Origin: Escherichia coli
GTDB taxonomy: Bacteria; Pseudomonadota; Gammaproteobacteria; Enterobacterales; Enterobacteriaceae
Reading direction: 5' to 3' (one strand)
DNA length: 64,000 bases
Assembly: GCF_030013595.1 (NCBI RefSeq)
Contig: NZ_CP122768.1
Each line of letters starts with the position of its first letter. The stretch's first letter is position 1. Positions 25,648 through 37,576 of this stretch are shown in pieces. The notes below the pieces were generated by a model. That model did no database searches and was not told the DNA's origin. It saw nothing but the letters and a program-made list of their open reading frames with translations. The position numbers and the translations under genes are program-made.

Positions 25648-25899
25648 ATGTACGAATTAACTCTATCGCCAGCAGAGATTCAAGAGATCACGAAATACGA
25701 GCGATACACAAAACAGCAACACCAGTTAAGGCTGCACGGTATCCCATTTGTAATCGGTCCTAAAAACGAACCAATAGTTCTTCGCAGGGATATTCCACAC
25801 GGACTGACTACGATGCCAAAAGCACCTGAACTGGTTTCCGCTGAACCCGATTTTGAGGCGCTGAACAATGGGAAGACCAAGAAAAAACAAAAAAGATAA
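25648..25899 (+). CDS. Probable excisionase / small recombination directionality protein
   Basis: 83 aa ORF overlapping the integrase start by 32 nt; assignment by position. Confidence 0.4.
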   Translation: MYELTLSPAEIQEITKYERYTKQQHQLRLHGIPFVIGPKNEPIVLRRDIPHGLTTMPKAPELVSAEPDFEALNNGKTKKKQKR

Positions 25900-26887
25900 T
25901 GCACTACCACCGCGTGTTAGATCGAATGGTTACAGTTACGTATGGAAACCCGAAGGAAGCACAAGAACTATAGGGCTCGGAAGAGTGCGGGAAACCAGCG
26001 TAGCTAAAGTCTGGCAAAATTATGAGCTGGAAAAAGCAAAACTCCACAACATAATGACAGTAGCTAAATTATGGCACATGTTTATGGACTCCCCTGCATT
26101 TACAGAACTGGCCCCCCGAACCCAAAAAGATTATCGGCAACATCAAAGGGCATTGTTGGCAGTATTCGGAAAAGTGCTTGCTGATAATGTAAAAATTGAA
26201 CAGGTAAGAATTTTCATGGATAAGCGAGGACTTGAGAGCAAGACCCAAGCAAACCATGAACTGGCAAGTCTGAGCCGTGTATACGGATGGGGATATGAGC
26301 GTGGGTATGTGAAAAATAATCCATGCAAAGGAGTCAGAAAATTCACACTTAAAGCCCGTACTGTTTACATCACCGATGAACAGTATGCTGCAATATATGC
26401 GGAAGCAATTCCACAGTTACGTATTGCAATGGAGATATCCTATCTTTGTGCGGCAAGGCTCGGTGATGTACTCGAGCTGAAATGGCAGGATATTATGGAG
26501 AAAGGGATTTACATTGAGCAAAACAAGACCGGCACTAAACAAATCAAGGAATGGTCTCCGCGATTACGTACGGCGATCCAGTTAGCCCGAAATGTATCTT
26601 CCGGCACATGCGAGTATGTGATCAACACAACCAAAGGCGGGAAGGTAATAGCCAAGACGCTGAACAACTGGTGGAATCAGGCTAAACGTGCAGCCGAGCA
26701 AAAAGCCGGCGTTCCGTTTGGGTGCAACTTCCATGACATAAAAGCCAAAGGGATTTCAGATTACGAAGGCAGCAGTCGCGACAAACAAATTTTCAGTGGA
26801 CACAAAACAGAAAATCAGGTGTTGATTTACGATCGTAAAACCAAAATAACACCAACACTGGATTTGCCGCTTGTGGTCAGTAAGTAG
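25868..26887 (+). CDS. Tyrosine-type site-specific integrase
   Basis: 339 aa; catalytic-region motifs (LCAARLGD, HDIKAKG, LIYDRK); adjacent to tRNA-derived att. Confidence 0.85.
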   Translation: MGRPRKNKKDNALPPRVRSNGYSYVWKPEGSTRTIGLGRVRETSVAKVWQNYELEKAKLHNIMTVAKLWHMFMDSPAFTELAPRTQKDYRQHQRALLAVFGKVLADNVKIEQVRIFMDKRGLESKTQANHELASLSRVYGWGYERGYVKNNPCKGVRKFTLKARTVYITDEQYAAIYAEAIPQLRIAMEISYLCAARLGDVLELKWQDIMEKGIYIEQNKTGTKQIKEWSPRLRTAIQLARNVSSGTCEYVINTTKGGKVIAKTLNNWWNQAKRAAEQKAGVPFGCNFHDIKAKGISDYEGSSRDKQIFSGHKTENQVLIYDRKTKITPTLDLPLVVSK

Positions 26888-27028
26888 GCAATACAGAAAA
26901 TTTTCTGGCAAAAAGACTTGGTATATTAACTCTGAATAACTCCCTAATATATTGATTTTTCTTGGTGTCAAGTCTGATTAACTTTTCGGATATTTTCCGT
27001 ATTATACTGATTTTTCTTTATTTTTCTT

Positions 27029-27088
27029 CGGTCTTGAAAACCGGCGACCCGAAAGGGTTCCAGAGTTCGAATCTCTGCGCTTCCGCCA
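27029..27088 (+). repeat. att core: truncated 3' 60 nt of tRNA-Ser (serT) ending in CCA; not a functional tRNA
   Basis: ggtcttgaaaaccggcgacccgaaagggttccagagttcgaatctctgcgcttccgcca matches anticodon stem to acceptor 3' end; the 5' 28 nt are replaced by AT-rich phage sequence. Confidence 0.8.
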
Positions 27089-27294
27089 AATAAGATAAGG
27101 GGTTAGCTAAATGCTACCCCCTTTTTCTTTTGCCTGTCGAAATTCTCAGGGCGTTATATTTGCTTAATGACCTGATAATCCGCTGTTAAACCTGTTCCAG
27201 ATCAAATGCGTAAAGATGGGTAAAACTTCTGGGTGCCCTTACGCATTATCATTATGCTGCTTAATTAATTACATCTGTCATAGAGAGTGACTCA

Positions 27295-27954
27295 ATGGAT
27301 CGTATTGTTAGTTCTTCACATGACCGTACATCGCTGCTTAGCACCCATAAGGTGCTGCGTAATACCTATTTTCTGCTGAGCCTGACGCTGGCCTTTTCTG
27401 CGATTACCGCAACTGCCAGTACGGTGCTGATGCTGCCATCTCCGGGTCTGATTCTGACGCTGGTGGGTATGTATGGTTTGATGTTCCTGACCTATAAAAC
27501 GGCGAATAAGCCGACCGGGATTATCTCCGCATTCGCCTTTACCGGTTTTCTGGGTTATATCCTCGGACCAATTCTGAATACCTATCTGTCTGCCGGAATG
27601 GGTGACGTAATCGCTATGGCACTGGGCGGAACGGCGTTAGTGTTCTTCTGCTGCTCTGCATATGTGCTGACCACCCGCAAAGATATGTCGTTCCTCGGCG
27701 GTATGCTGATGGCGGGTATTGTGGTGGTGCTGATTGGTATGGTTGCTAATATCTTCCTGCAACTGCCTGCTCTGCATCTGGCGATCAGCGCGGTCTTCAT
27801 TCTGATCTCCTCTGGCGCTATTTTGTTTGAAACCAGCAACATCATTCATGGCGGTGAAACGAACTATATTCGTGCCACGGTTAGCCTGTATGTTTCGCTG
27901 TACAACATCTTCGTCAGCCTGCTGAGCATTCTGGGCTTCGCCAGCCGCGATTAA
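27295..27954 (+). CDS. yccA: YccA, FtsH modulator (Bax inhibitor-1 family membrane protein)
   Basis: 219 aa; sequence and synteny match E. coli yccA. Confidence 0.9.
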   Translation: MDRIVSSSHDRTSLLSTHKVLRNTYFLLSLTLAFSAITATASTVLMLPSPGLILTLVGMYGLMFLTYKTANKPTGIISAFAFTGFLGYILGPILNTYLSAGMGDVIAMALGGTALVFFCCSAYVLTTRKDMSFLGGMLMAGIVVVLIGMVANIFLQLPALHLAISAVFILISSGAILFETSNIIHGGETNYIRATVSLYVSLYNIFVSLLSILGFASRD

Positions 27955-28044
27955 TCTCGCCCAGGGTTACTTACCGAGCCTCGCTTTATGCGGGGCTTTG
28001 TTTTTTGTTACACTGCCGCCAGTCTGATTAAGGTAGTAATAATT

Positions 28045-28374
28045 ATGCTGATCTTCGAAGGTAAAGAGATAGAAACGGATACCGAAGGCTATCTCAAAGA
28101 AAGCAGCCAGTGGAGTGAGCCGCTGGCGGTGGTGATTGCAGAGAACGAAGGGATTACGCTGTCGCCAGAACACTGGGAAGTGGTGCGTTTTGTGCGTGAT
28201 TTCTATCTGGAATTCAATACTTCTCCGGCGATTCGTATGCTGGTAAAAGCGATGGCGAATAAATTTGGCGAAGAAAAAGGTAACAGCCGCTATTTATACC
28301 GACTGTTTCCGAAAGGTCCGGCTAAGCAAGCCACCAAAATTGCTGGCCTGCCAAAACCGGTAAAATGTATTTAA
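28045..28374 (+). CDS. tusE: Sulfur transfer protein TusE
   Basis: 109 aa from [12 protein letters not shown]. Confidence 0.9.
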   Translation: MLIFEGKEIETDTEGYLKESSQWSEPLAVVIAENEGITLSPEHWEVVRFVRDFYLEFNTSPAIRMLVKAMANKFGEEKGNSRYLYRLFPKGPAKQATKIAGLPKPVKCI

Positions 28375-28649
28375 CGGATACGAAAATCGGTTAATTCCCC
28401 CGAGGGATGATGCGGCTCGCTGAGCACCCGTTCTACACGCGCAGAACGCGGGCCGCCACTCTTTAACCACTGCATTAATTTTTCTACCTGCCCTTCTTCA
28501 CCGCAGGCAACCACTTCCACGCTGCCATCGTCAAGATTTTTGGCGTACCCGGCTAATCCCAGTTTTTTCGCTTCGTACTGCGTGGTATAGCGAAATCCAA
28601 CGCCCTGAACTCGCCCGTAAACCCAGGCAATTATGCAGACTTTCGACAT
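28371..28649 (-). CDS. yccX: Acylphosphatase
   Basis: 92 aa from [21 protein letters not shown]. Confidence 0.9.
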   Translation of the reverse strand: MSKVCIIAWVYGRVQGVGFRYTTQYEAKKLGLAGYAKNLDDGSVEVVACGEEGQVEKLMQWLKSGGPRSARVERVLSEPHHPSGELTDFRIR

Positions 28650-28743
28650 TGCTGCTCTCCTTATCCTTAATGGACGCGTTGCAAATCCATGGAAAACTCC
28701 GGACAATGACGCCCATTTCTTTGCATCGACAGAAAAGTAAATT

Positions 28744-29934
28744 ATGAGTGTACGTTTAGTGTTAGCCAAAGGGCGCGAAAAATCATTACTTCGTCGCCAT
28801 CCGTGGATCTTTTCCGGGGCCGTTGCCCGCATGGAAGGTAAAGCCAGCCTCGGTGAAACCATCGATATTGTTGATCATCAGGGAAAATGGTTAGCACGCG
28901 GCGCTTATTCGCCAGCTTCGCAAATCCGGGCGCGCGTCTGGACGTTTGACCCGAATGAATCTATCGACATTGCTTTTTTTTCCCGCCGTTTGCAACAAGC
29001 ACAAAAATGGCGTGACTGGCTGGCGCAAAAAGATGGCCTCGACAGTTATCGTTTAATCGCCGGAGAATCTGATGGCCTGCCGGGTATTACTATCGATCGT
29101 TTCGGTAATTTTCTGGTGCTGCAACTACTGAGTGCTGGCGCAGAATATCAGCGCGCGGCATTAATTAGCGCCCTGCAAACGCTGTACCCGGAATGTGCGA
29201 TTTACGATCGCAGCGATGTTGCGGTACGTAAAAAAGAAGGGATGGAGCTGACCCAGGGCCCCGTCACCGGCGAGTTGCCGCCTGCCCTGCTGCCGATTGA
29301 AGAACACGGCATGAAGCTGCTGGTGGATATTCAACACGGACACAAAACGGGCTACTACTTGGATCAGCGTGATAGCCGCCTGGCTACCCGCCGCTACGTT
29401 GAAAATAAACGCGTACTGAACTGTTTCTCCTATACCGGTGGTTTCGCCGTATCGGCACTGATGGGCGGTTGCAGCCAGGTTGTCAGCGTTGATACCTCCC
29501 AGGAAGCCCTGGATATTGCACGGCAGAACGTTGAGCTGAACAAACTGGATCTGAGCAAGGCTGAGTTTGTCCGTGATGATGTCTTTAAATTGCTGCGTAC
29601 CTATCGCGATCGCGGTGAAAAATTTGACGTTATCGTGATGGACCCGCCGAAGTTTGTTGAGAATAAAAGCCAGTTGATGGGCGCGTGTCGTGGTTATAAA
29701 GACATCAACATGCTGGCGATTCAGTTGCTGAATGAAGGCGGTATTCTCCTGACTTTCTCCTGTTCCGGTCTGATGACCAGCGATTTATTTCAGAAAATCA
29801 TCGCGGATGCCGCAATTGATGCCGGTCGTGATGTACAATTTATAGAGCAGTTCCGTCAGGCAGCCGATCATCCGGTGATCGCTACCTATCCGGAAGGGCT
29901 ATATCTGAAAGGGTTTGCCTGTCGCGTCATGTAA
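28744..29934 (+). CDS. rlmI: 23S rRNA m5C1962 methyltransferase RlmI
   Basis: 396 aa; synteny. Confidence 0.9.
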   Translation: MSVRLVLAKGREKSLLRRHPWIFSGAVARMEGKASLGETIDIVDHQGKWLARGAYSPASQIRARVWTFDPNESIDIAFFSRRLQQAQKWRDWLAQKDGLDSYRLIAGESDGLPGITIDRFGNFLVLQLLSAGAEYQRAALISALQTLYPECAIYDRSDVAVRKKEGMELTQGPVTGELPPALLPIEEHGMKLLVDIQHGHKTGYYLDQRDSRLATRRYVENKRVLNCFSYTGGFAVSALMGGCSQVVSVDTSQEALDIARQNVELNKLDLSKAEFVRDDVFKLLRTYRDRGEKFDVIVMDPPKFVENKSQLMGACRGYKDINMLAIQLLNEGGILLTFSCSGLMTSDLFQKIIADAAIDAGRDVQFIEQFRQAADHPVIATYPEGLYLKGFACRVM

Positions 29935-30309
<375 letters not shown>

Positions 30310-30321
30310 TCCCTGAACAAA

Positions 30322-30356
30322 TCCCCGGAAGGTTTTTGCCTTCCGGGGATTTTTTA
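30322..30356 (+). terminator. Rho-independent terminator after hspQ
   Basis: ccccggaagg..ccttccgggg hairpin followed by T-run. Confidence 0.6.
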
Positions 30357-30767
30357 TTTGGCCAGGCCCAGGCGAGGGATCTCAATAGCCGGGCAGCGAT
30401 CCATCACTACATTTAACCCGGCATCCCGTGCCAGTACTGCCGCTTGCTCATTAATCACCCCCAGTTGCATCCAGAGGGTTTTCGCGCCAATGGCAATAGC
30501 TTCCTGCGCTACGCCCCACGCCGCTTCTGAATTCCGGAAAACATCGACCATATCGACTTTTTCAGGAACTTCTGCCAGCGTGCCATACCCCTGCTGGCCC
30601 AGCAGTGTTTTGCCGGCAACTTTTGGCGAAACCGGAATGACGTGATACCCCTGGTCGAGTAGATATTTCATCACACGATAGCTGGGACGATCGGGTTTGT
30701 CGCTTGCCCCCACCAGCGCAATGGTGTGAGTGGACGTTAAAATGCCTGCAATATCGGTTTCTTTCAT
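30354..30767 (-). CDS. yccU: CoA-binding protein YccU
   Basis: 137 aa from [22 protein letters not shown]. Confidence 0.9.
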   Translation of the reverse strand: MKETDIAGILTSTHTIALVGASDKPDRPSYRVMKYLLDQGYHVIPVSPKVAGKTLLGQQGYGTLAEVPEKVDMVDVFRNSEAAWGVAQEAIAIGAKTLWMQLGVINEQAAVLARDAGLNVVMDRCPAIEIPRLGLAK

Positions 30768-30939
30768 TATTTCCTCCAGACTGTTTAACAAAGTGTACGA
30801 CAAAGCCGACATGCCAACCATGCAGCTAATACGAATGAATGAGAGCAAAAGCGGGAAATATGTCTATATGTTAGTAAGTATGATTAAAGAAAAATTTTGA
30901 CACATTATTATTCGGGCGGTCTTTTGACAGGAGCTACCT

Positions 30940-31602
30940 ATGAAAACCGGCATCGTGACCACCTTGATTGCATTATGTTTGCCGGTATCCGTTTTTGCCA
31001 CCACGCTGCGGCTTTCAACCGATGTCGATCTTCTGGTACTCGACGGCAAGAAGGTTTCCAGCTCTCTGCTGCGCGGTGCGGACAGCATTGAACTGGATAA
31101 CGGACCGCATCAGTTAGTGTTTCGCGTTGAGAAGACGATTCATCTTTCCAATAGTGAAGAACGGCTGTATATCTCCCCACCGCTGGTGGTCAGTTTTAAT
31201 ACCCAGCTCATCAACCAGGTCAATTTTCGCCTGCCTCGCCTGGAGAATGAGCGGGAAGCTAACCATTTTGATGCCGCGCCGCGCCTTGAATTGTTGGATG
31301 GCGATGCGACGCCGATTCCGGTAAAGCTGGATATTCTCGCCATTACCTCAACGGCAAAAACGATTGATTATGAGGTCGAGGTTGAACGCTATAACAAATC
31401 CGCGAAACGCGCTTCACTACCGCAATTTGCCACGATGATGGCAGATGACAGTACGCTGCTTTCGGGTGTTTCCGAGCTGGATGCTATTCCACCGCAGTCT
31501 CAGGTGCTCACAGAACAACGGCTGAAGTATTGGTTTAAACTGGCTGACCCACAAACGCGAAATACTTTTCTGCAATGGGCGGAAAAACAACCATCTTCCT
31601 GA
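30940..31602 (+). CDS. yccT: Periplasmic protein YccT
   Basis: 220 aa with signal peptide; synteny. Confidence 0.85.
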
Positions 31603-31698
31603 GATTTTTGTGCCTGTGCGCAGGCTTTTTCGGTCTTTATCTTGCAGCGATAAGTGCTTACAGTAATCTGTAGGAAAGTTAACTACGGATGTAACATT

Positions 31699-32157
31699 AT
31701 GGAACTGACGACACGCACTTTACCTGCGCGGAAACATATTGCGCTGGTGGCACACGATCACTGCAAACAAATGCTGATGAGCTGGGTGGAACGACATCAA
31801 CCGTTACTGGAACAACACGTACTGTATGCAACAGGCACTACCGGTAACTTGATTTCCCGTGCAACCGGCATGAACGTCAACGCGATGTTGAGTGGCCCAA
31901 TGGGGGGTGACCAGCAGGTTGGCGCATTGATCTCAGAAGGGAAAATTGATGTATTGATTTTCTTCTGGGACCCACTAAATGCCGTTCCGCACGATCCTGA
32001 CGTGAAAGCCTTGCTGCGTCTGGCGACGGTATGGAACATTCCGGTTGCCACCAACGTGGCAACGGCAGACTTCATTATCCAGTCGCCGCATTTCAACGAC
32101 GCGGTCGATATTCTGATCCCCGATTATCAGCGTTATCTCGCGGACCGTCTGAAGTAA
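31699..32157 (+). CDS. mgsA: Methylglyoxal synthase
   Basis: 152 aa from [21 protein letters not shown]. Confidence 0.95.
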
Positions 32158-32162
32158 TATTG

Positions 32163-32190
32163 CACAGGTGGCAAACGCCACCTGTTTCTT
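32163..32190. terminator. Hairpin terminator between convergent mgsA and helD
   Basis: caggtggcaaacgccacctg followed by T-run. Confidence 0.5.
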
Positions 32191-34243
32191 ACGGTTTTCT
32201 CGCCACCGGCACATCCAGATTTTTCAGTATTTCCACAAAGGGAGAGGGATTCTCTTTGTTAAACAGTGCCCATACCCGATGGCGTGCCCGGGTCAGCGCC
32301 ACGTACATTAACCGCCGTTCTTCAGCGTCCGGGAAATCCTCAACCGGTGGCAGTAGCGCCTCTTCCATAATCGACTCCCGCGCCGCAGCCGGAAAACCAT
32401 CACTCCCCTCCTGCAAGCCAACGATGATGACGTAATCCGCCTGTTGCCCTTTGCTGGCATGAATGGTCATAAAGTCGATTTGCAACTTCGGCCAGCGTGT
32501 TGCCGCTTTTTCCAGGCTGGCAGGCCTCATGTGATGGTAACGCGCCAGGATCAGAATGCGCTCTTCCGGTTTGGCATAACCAGAGAGCTTATCCAGCAAA
32601 GCGTCAAGATGGCTCTCATCCAATAACGTGACGGCTTTTTTGTCTCCATTGGTTAAGCTGTTTAGCGGCTTTTTCAGCTGGCCTGGGTTCTGCTGAATAA
32701 ACCGGTTTGCCACCTCACCGATACGACTGTTAAAACGGTAAGTCGTGTCTAAATCGCAGCGATCACCTTCACCAAAGTTTTCATGGAAAGCGGTGGTGAG
32801 CGACATTTGCGCACCGCTGAAGCGATAAATCGCCTGCCAGTCATCACCAACGGCGAACAACGTCGTCTGACTGTTTTGCTTGCGTAATGCCGCTAACAAC
32901 GCTGCGCGCTGCGGCGAGATATCCTGAAATTCATCAACCAGAATATGCTTCCACGGGCTGATAAAGCGACCTTTCTCCAGAATCACAATCGCCTGGTGAA
33001 TAAGGCCCGAAAAATCGACAGCGTTTTCTGCCTTCAGCGCACCTTTCCAGGCTTTTAATAACGGGGCCATCAACTTGATACGTTTACTGAACAGATCGCG
33101 AATCTCTTCGGGTGCACTGGCAATCATTTCTGCCTGTGCACCACCGTGCATCCGCATCAGACTTACCCAACGATCGAGGCGTGAGGCAAGACGACGCTGT
33201 AATTTTTCATCATCCCAGAAGTTACCTTCTGGCACTGACCACTGCATTTCTTCCGTCAGCCATTGCCGCCAGCCCTTCGCCTGCGCTTTCTTTTCGCTGC
33301 ATTGCTTGCGCCACTCAGCAATAAAGAGTTCATGACGGGCAGCGGTATCATTTTCCAGTTTGCTGACTATCGGAACTTTTTTGCTGCCCTGCTGAATAAT
33401 ATGCAGCGCCAGCGCATGAAACGTGCGTGCGGTAATGTCTTCGGTATGTAGCCGTTCGCGAATACGCTCGTCCATCTCTTCAGCGGCTTTGCGACCAAAC
33501 GCCAGCAATAAAATTTGCTCAGGGGACGCTTCACCACGCGCCAGCAACCAGCCTGCACGGGCCACCAGCACCGACGTTTTTCCGCTTCCTGCACCAGCCA
33601 GCACTAACAAAGAATGCTCGCCATTAACGACTGCCCGGGCCTGCGCCGGATTCAGCGGTGAAGACTCGACCTGGCGGAAAAAATCCGCATACTCGGTAAG
33701 CATGGCTTCGGTATACGCCTGATTATGCTGCAACCGAGCGCTTTCAATATCTTTCAACCAGGCCTGACATTTACGCCACGCCTCACGGCAGTTATCGAAT
33801 TCTTCCAGTCGGTTAACCGGCAACGGCAACGCCGACAAAGCCTGGCGGATTTGTTGCTGCACGCCAGAGGTTTGCTCACGCGTCAGCCATTTATTTTCTC
33901 CAGTACGCGTGGCAATCAAATCCAGTTGCTGGCGTAAAACACCAGACGCAATTTCGCTCATCTCGCCACTCCACCGCCGCCAGTGAGCATCAAGATGATG
34001 GTAAAAACGCTGCGTCTCGCCCCATTCGGTGCCGTGCAGACGCACCACTTTTTCGTCCGGCAGTACAAACTCCAGCTCGCCCCATACCAGACCGCGCTTA
34101 CAGTGAATCGCCAGTAATTGATTGAAAGGAATAAGGTATTCGTGGCGATCGCCGGAGACTTTAATCCCGGCATTGAGGATCACCGCCCGATCGTAAGGGT
34201 GCTGTGCCAGACGTTTTCCAAGCGTTGTCGCTTTCAGTTCCAT
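32189..34243 (-). CDS. helD: DNA helicase IV
   Basis: 684 aa from MELKATTLGKRLAQHPYDR; Walker A GAGSGKT. Confidence 0.95.
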   Translation of the reverse strand: MELKATTLGKRLAQHPYDRAVILNAGIKVSGDRHEYLIPFNQLLAIHCKRGLVWGELEFVLPDEKVVRLHGTEWGETQRFYHHLDAHWRRWSGEMSEIASGVLRQQLDLIATRTGENKWLTREQTSGVQQQIRQALSALPLPVNRLEEFDNCREAWRKCQAWLKDIESARLQHNQAYTEAMLTEYADFFRQVESSPLNPAQARAVVNGEHSLLVLAGAGSGKTSVLVARAGWLLARGEASPEQILLLAFGRKAAEEMDERIRERLHTEDITARTFHALALHIIQQGSKKVPIVSKLENDTAARHELFIAEWRKQCSEKKAQAKGWRQWLTEEMQWSVPEGNFWDDEKLQRRLASRLDRWVSLMRMHGGAQAEMIASAPEEIRDLFSKRIKLMAPLLKAWKGALKAENAVDFSGLIHQAIVILEKGRFISPWKHILVDEFQDISPQRAALLAALRKQNSQTTLFAVGDDWQAIYRFSGAQMSLTTAFHENFGEGDRCDLDTTYRFNSRIGEVANRFIQQNPGQLKKPLNSLTNGDKKAVTLLDESHLDALLDKLSGYAKPEERILILARYHHMRPASLEKAATRWPKLQIDFMTIHASKGQQADYVIIVGLQEGSDGFPAAARESIMEEALLPPVEDFPDAEERRLMYVALTRARHRVWALFNKENPSPFVEILKNLDVPVARKP

Positions 34244-34365
34244 GACTCTGTAGATCCACACGAAATGATTTCTTATCAGTGTAACCGTCAGAGAAAACGT
34301 GCTCCAGCCCAAAAAAACGTTACAATTGCCGCCCATTACTGAAAACCACAGTAAAGCGAGGTTTT

Positions 34366-34812
34366 ATGCGTACCGTTTTGAACATTCTGAACTTTGTGCT
34401 TGGCGGATTTGCCACCACTCTGGGCTGGCTGTTGGCGACTCTGGTCAGTATTGTGCTGATTTTTACCTTACCGCTGACACGATCCTGCTGGGAGATCACT
34501 AAACTGTCTCTGGTGCCTTATGGCAATGAAGCTATTCATGTCGATGAACTGAACCCGGCTGGCAAAAATGTGCTGCTGAATACTGGCGGTACGGTATTGA
34601 ATATTTTCTGGCTGATTTTCTTTGGCTGGTGGTTATGCCTGATGCACATTGCAACGGGCATCGCACAATGTATTTCCATCATTGGCATTCCTGTCGGCAT
34701 TGCGAACTTTAAAATTGCCGCTATTGCACTATGGCCGGTCGGTCGTCGCGTGGTATCGGTAGAAACAGCGCAAGCTGCGCGTGAAGCCAATGCACGTCGT
34801 CGTTTTGAATAA
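34366..34812 (+). CDS. yccF: Inner membrane protein YccF
   Basis: 148 aa; synteny. Confidence 0.9.
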   Translation: MRTVLNILNFVLGGFATTLGWLLATLVSIVLIFTLPLTRSCWEITKLSLVPYGNEAIHVDELNPAGKNVLLNTGGTVLNIFWLIFFGWWLCLMHIATGIAQCISIIGIPVGIANFKIAAIALWPVGRRVVSVETAQAAREANARRRFE

Positions 34813-34830
34813 TCCACTAATATGGCCTTT

Positions 34831-36984
34831 ATGCTAAGTCCTTTGCTCAAACGCTATACCTGGAACAGCGCCTGGCTGTATTACGCGCGTATTTTTATTG
34901 CGCTTTGTGGAACCACAGCGTTTCCGTGGTGGCTGGGTGATGTAAAACTGACGATTCCGCTGACGCTGGGGATGGTGGCAGCGGCGCTGACCGATCTCGA
35001 TGACCGACTGGCGGGACGTTTGCGTAACCTCATCATTACGCTGTTCTGCTTTTTTATCGCCTCGGCCTCAGTAGAACTGCTGTTTCCCTGGCCCTGGCTA
35101 TTTGCGATTGGCTTAACGCTCTCAACCAGCGGCTTCATTTTGCTCGGCGGTCTGGGTCAACGCTATGCAACAATTGCCTTCGGTGCGTTACTGATCGCCA
35201 TTTACACTATGTTGGGGACGTCACTGTATGAGCACTGGTATCAGCAGCCGATGTATCTGCTGGCCGGTGCCGTCTGGTACAACGTCCTGACACTTATTGG
35301 TCATCTACTGTTCCCGGTCCGCCCGCTGCAGGACAACCTGGCGCGTTGCTATGAACAACTGGCGCGTTACCTTGAGCTCAAGTCGCGCATGTTTGATCCT
35401 GATATTGAAGATGAAAGCCAGGCACCGCTGTACGATTTGGCTCTCGCCAACGGTCAGCTGATGGCGACATTGAATCAGACGAAACTCTCGCTGCTGACCC
35501 GCTTACGTGGCGATCGTGGTCAACGGGGAACGCGTCGCACGCTGCATTATTACTTCGTCGCGCAGGATATTCACGAGCGTGCCAGCTCTTCTCATATTCA
35601 GTATCAAACATTGCGTGAACATTTTCGCCACAGCGACGTGCTGTTCCGTTTTCAGCGGCTGATGTCGATGCAGGGCCAGGCGTGCCAGCAACTGTCACGC
35701 TGTATTTTGTTGCGTCAGCCTTATCAACATGATCCGCATTTCGAGCGCGCTTTTACGCATATTGATGCTGCGCTGGAGCGGATGCGCGATAACGGCGCAC
35801 CTGCCGATTTACTCAAAACACTGGGATTTTTGCTGAACAATTTACGCGCCATTGATGCCCAACTGGCAACAATTGAATCAGAACAGGCCCAGGCACTGCC
35901 CCATAATAATGACGAAAATGAGCTCGCTGATGACAGCCCGCACGGATTGAGTGATATCTGGCTGCGTCTTAGCCGTCACTTCACGCCGGAATCCGCCCTC
36001 TTCCGTCATGCGGTAAGAATGTCGCTGGTGTTGTGCTTCGGCTACGCCATCATTCAGATAACCGGAATGCATCACGGGTATTGGATCTTGCTGACAAGTT
36101 TGTTTGTCTGCCAGCCAAACTATAACGCCACGCGCCACCGCCTGAAGTTAAGGATTATTGGTACGCTGGTAGGTATCGCCATTGGCATTCCTGTGCTGTG
36201 GTTTGTACCGTCACTGGAAGGGCAACTGGTGCTACTGGTTATTACCGGCGTGCTCTTTTTTGCCTTCCGTAACGTGCAATACGCCCATGCAACGATGTTC
36301 ATCACACTTTTGGTGCTACTTTGTTTTAACTTGCTGGGTGAAGGTTTTGAAGTGGCGTTACCTCGCGTAATCGATACGCTGATTGGTTGTGCCATTGCGT
36401 GGGCGGCGGTGAGCTACATCTGGCCTGACTGGAAGTTTCGCAATCTGCCGCGCATGCTCGAACGTGCCACCGAGGCCAACTGTCGCTATCTCGATGCCAT
36501 ACTGGAGCAATACCATCAGGGGCGTGATAACCGTCTGGCGTATCGTATTGCCCGCCGCGATGCACACAACCGTGATGCTGAACTGGCGTCGGTGGTATCA
36601 AATATGTCCAGCGAGCCGAACGTTACCCCGCAAATTCGCGAGGCCGCGTTTCGGTTGCTGTGCCTTAACCATACGTTTACCAGCTATATCTCAGCCCTCG
36701 GTGCTCACCGGGAGCAGTTAACTAATCCTGAAATTCTGGCGTTTCTTGATGACGCAGTTTGCTATGTTGATGACGCGCTACATCATCAACCTGCTGATGA
36801 AGAACGCGTCAATCAGGCATTAGCTGACCTGAAACAGCGGATGCAGCAACTTGAACCGCGGGCAGACAGCAAAGAACCTCTGGTCGTACAACAAGTCGGG
36901 TTATTGATTGCATTACTGCCAGAGATTGGTCGTCTGCAACGCCAGATTACTCAAGTTCCGCAGGAAACTCCTGTTTCGGCGTAA
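34831..36984 (+). CDS. yccS: Inner membrane protein YccS
   Basis: 717 aa from MLSPLLKRY (an in-frame ATG 9 nt upstream also exists). Confidence 0.9.
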   Translation: MLSPLLKRYTWNSAWLYYARIFIALCGTTAFPWWLGDVKLTIPLTLGMVAAALTDLDDRLAGRLRNLIITLFCFFIASASVELLFPWPWLFAIGLTLSTSGFILLGGLGQRYATIAFGALLIAIYTMLGTSLYEHWYQQPMYLLAGAVWYNVLTLIGHLLFPVRPLQDNLARCYEQLARYLELKSRMFDPDIEDESQAPLYDLALANGQLMATLNQTKLSLLTRLRGDRGQRGTRRTLHYYFVAQDIHERASSSHIQYQTLREHFRHSDVLFRFQRLMSMQGQACQQLSRCILLRQPYQHDPHFERAFTHIDAALERMRDNGAPADLLKTLGFLLNNLRAIDAQLATIESEQAQALPHNNDENELADDSPHGLSDIWLRLSRHFTPESALFRHAVRMSLVLCFGYAIIQITGMHHGYWILLTSLFVCQPNYNATRHRLKLRIIGTLVGIAIGIPVLWFVPSLEGQLVLLVITGVLFFAFRNVQYAHATMFITLLVLLCFNLLGEGFEVALPRVIDTLIGCAIAWAAVSYIWPDWKFRNLPRMLERATEANCRYLDAILEQYHQGRDNRLAYRIARRDAHNRDAELASVVSNMSSEPNVTPQIREAAFRLLCLNHTFTSYISALGAHREQLTNPEILAFLDDAVCYVDDALHHQPADEERVNQALADLKQRMQQLEPRADSKEPLVVQQVGLLIALLPEIGRLQRQITQVPQETPVSA

Positions 36985-37576
36985 GAGAGTCAGCCCATTC
37001 TGCAAGCTCCTGGCGGCGTGCCACCGGGAGCGCAGCTTCATGAATGCCGATAATGGCCCCTTCAAGCATAAACAGAATCTTTTCTGTCACCAGACTGTTT
37101 TGCTGCCGCAGTCGCAACCAACACATTTTTGCCCCAAGTATACGTAACGCCCGTACATCCTTAATCCCCACCTCCCCGAGAATCGCTTCCAGATGAAAAG
37201 ACATATTGGGCAAATCTTTCAGTCTTTCCCGGGTATTGCGCGTGCTTTTCTCTTTCAGCGCTGCATCGAGAGAATATTTCGACAGACGCACCAGCTTCAG
37301 TTGATTTCGCCATAGACTTTCATCAACCCGATAGTAATTGAGGGTAACGGATCGGCCACACTTTTTATATGTCAGCCAGACAGGCGGATGTTTTACACAG
37401 TACTGTGCACTTTGCTCACAAGCCCGAAGATACAACTCACCATCAGAAACCATCGCAAACACCGTGTCATCAACGGTCAGGCTGTAACTACCAAACAATG
37501 ATCGGTATTCAATTGTGCCCAACGTTGCCAGGTATTCTTGTGATTTATAGATCCGCTTATAGGAGAGGCTTTTCAT
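36947..37576 (-). CDS. sxy: Competence regulator Sxy/TfoX
   Basis: 209 aa; 3' end overlaps the convergent yccS 3' end. Confidence 0.9.
   Translation of the reverse strand: MKSLSYKRIYKSQEYLATLGTIEYRSLFGSYSLTVDDTVFAMVSDGELYLRACEQSAQYCVKHPPVWLTYKKCGRSVTLNYYRVDESLWRNQLKLVRLSKYSLDAALKEKSTRNTRERLKDLPNMSFHLEAILGEVGIKDVRALRILGAKMCWLRLRQQNSLVTEKILFMLEGAIIGIHEAALPVARRQELAEWADSLTPKQEFPAELE

Larger units (their letters stand above)
4949..27088. mobile_element. Lambdoid cryptic prophage: lysis, cargo, Q, nin region, P, O, cro, repressor, early-left, xis, int, att at serT
   Basis: Gene order and regulatory elements match lambdoid architecture; no terminase, head or tail genes in the window. Confidence 0.75.

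Noticed and set aside
27029-27088. Functional tRNA-Ser gene
   Set aside because: Only the 3' 60 nt match serT; the D-arm and 5' acceptor strand are missing, so this is an att-site remnant.
34822-34830. Earlier ATG for yccS (MAFMLSP...)
   Set aside because: Either start is possible; the second ATG gives the 717-aa length I recall for YccS, so it was preferred without strong evidence.
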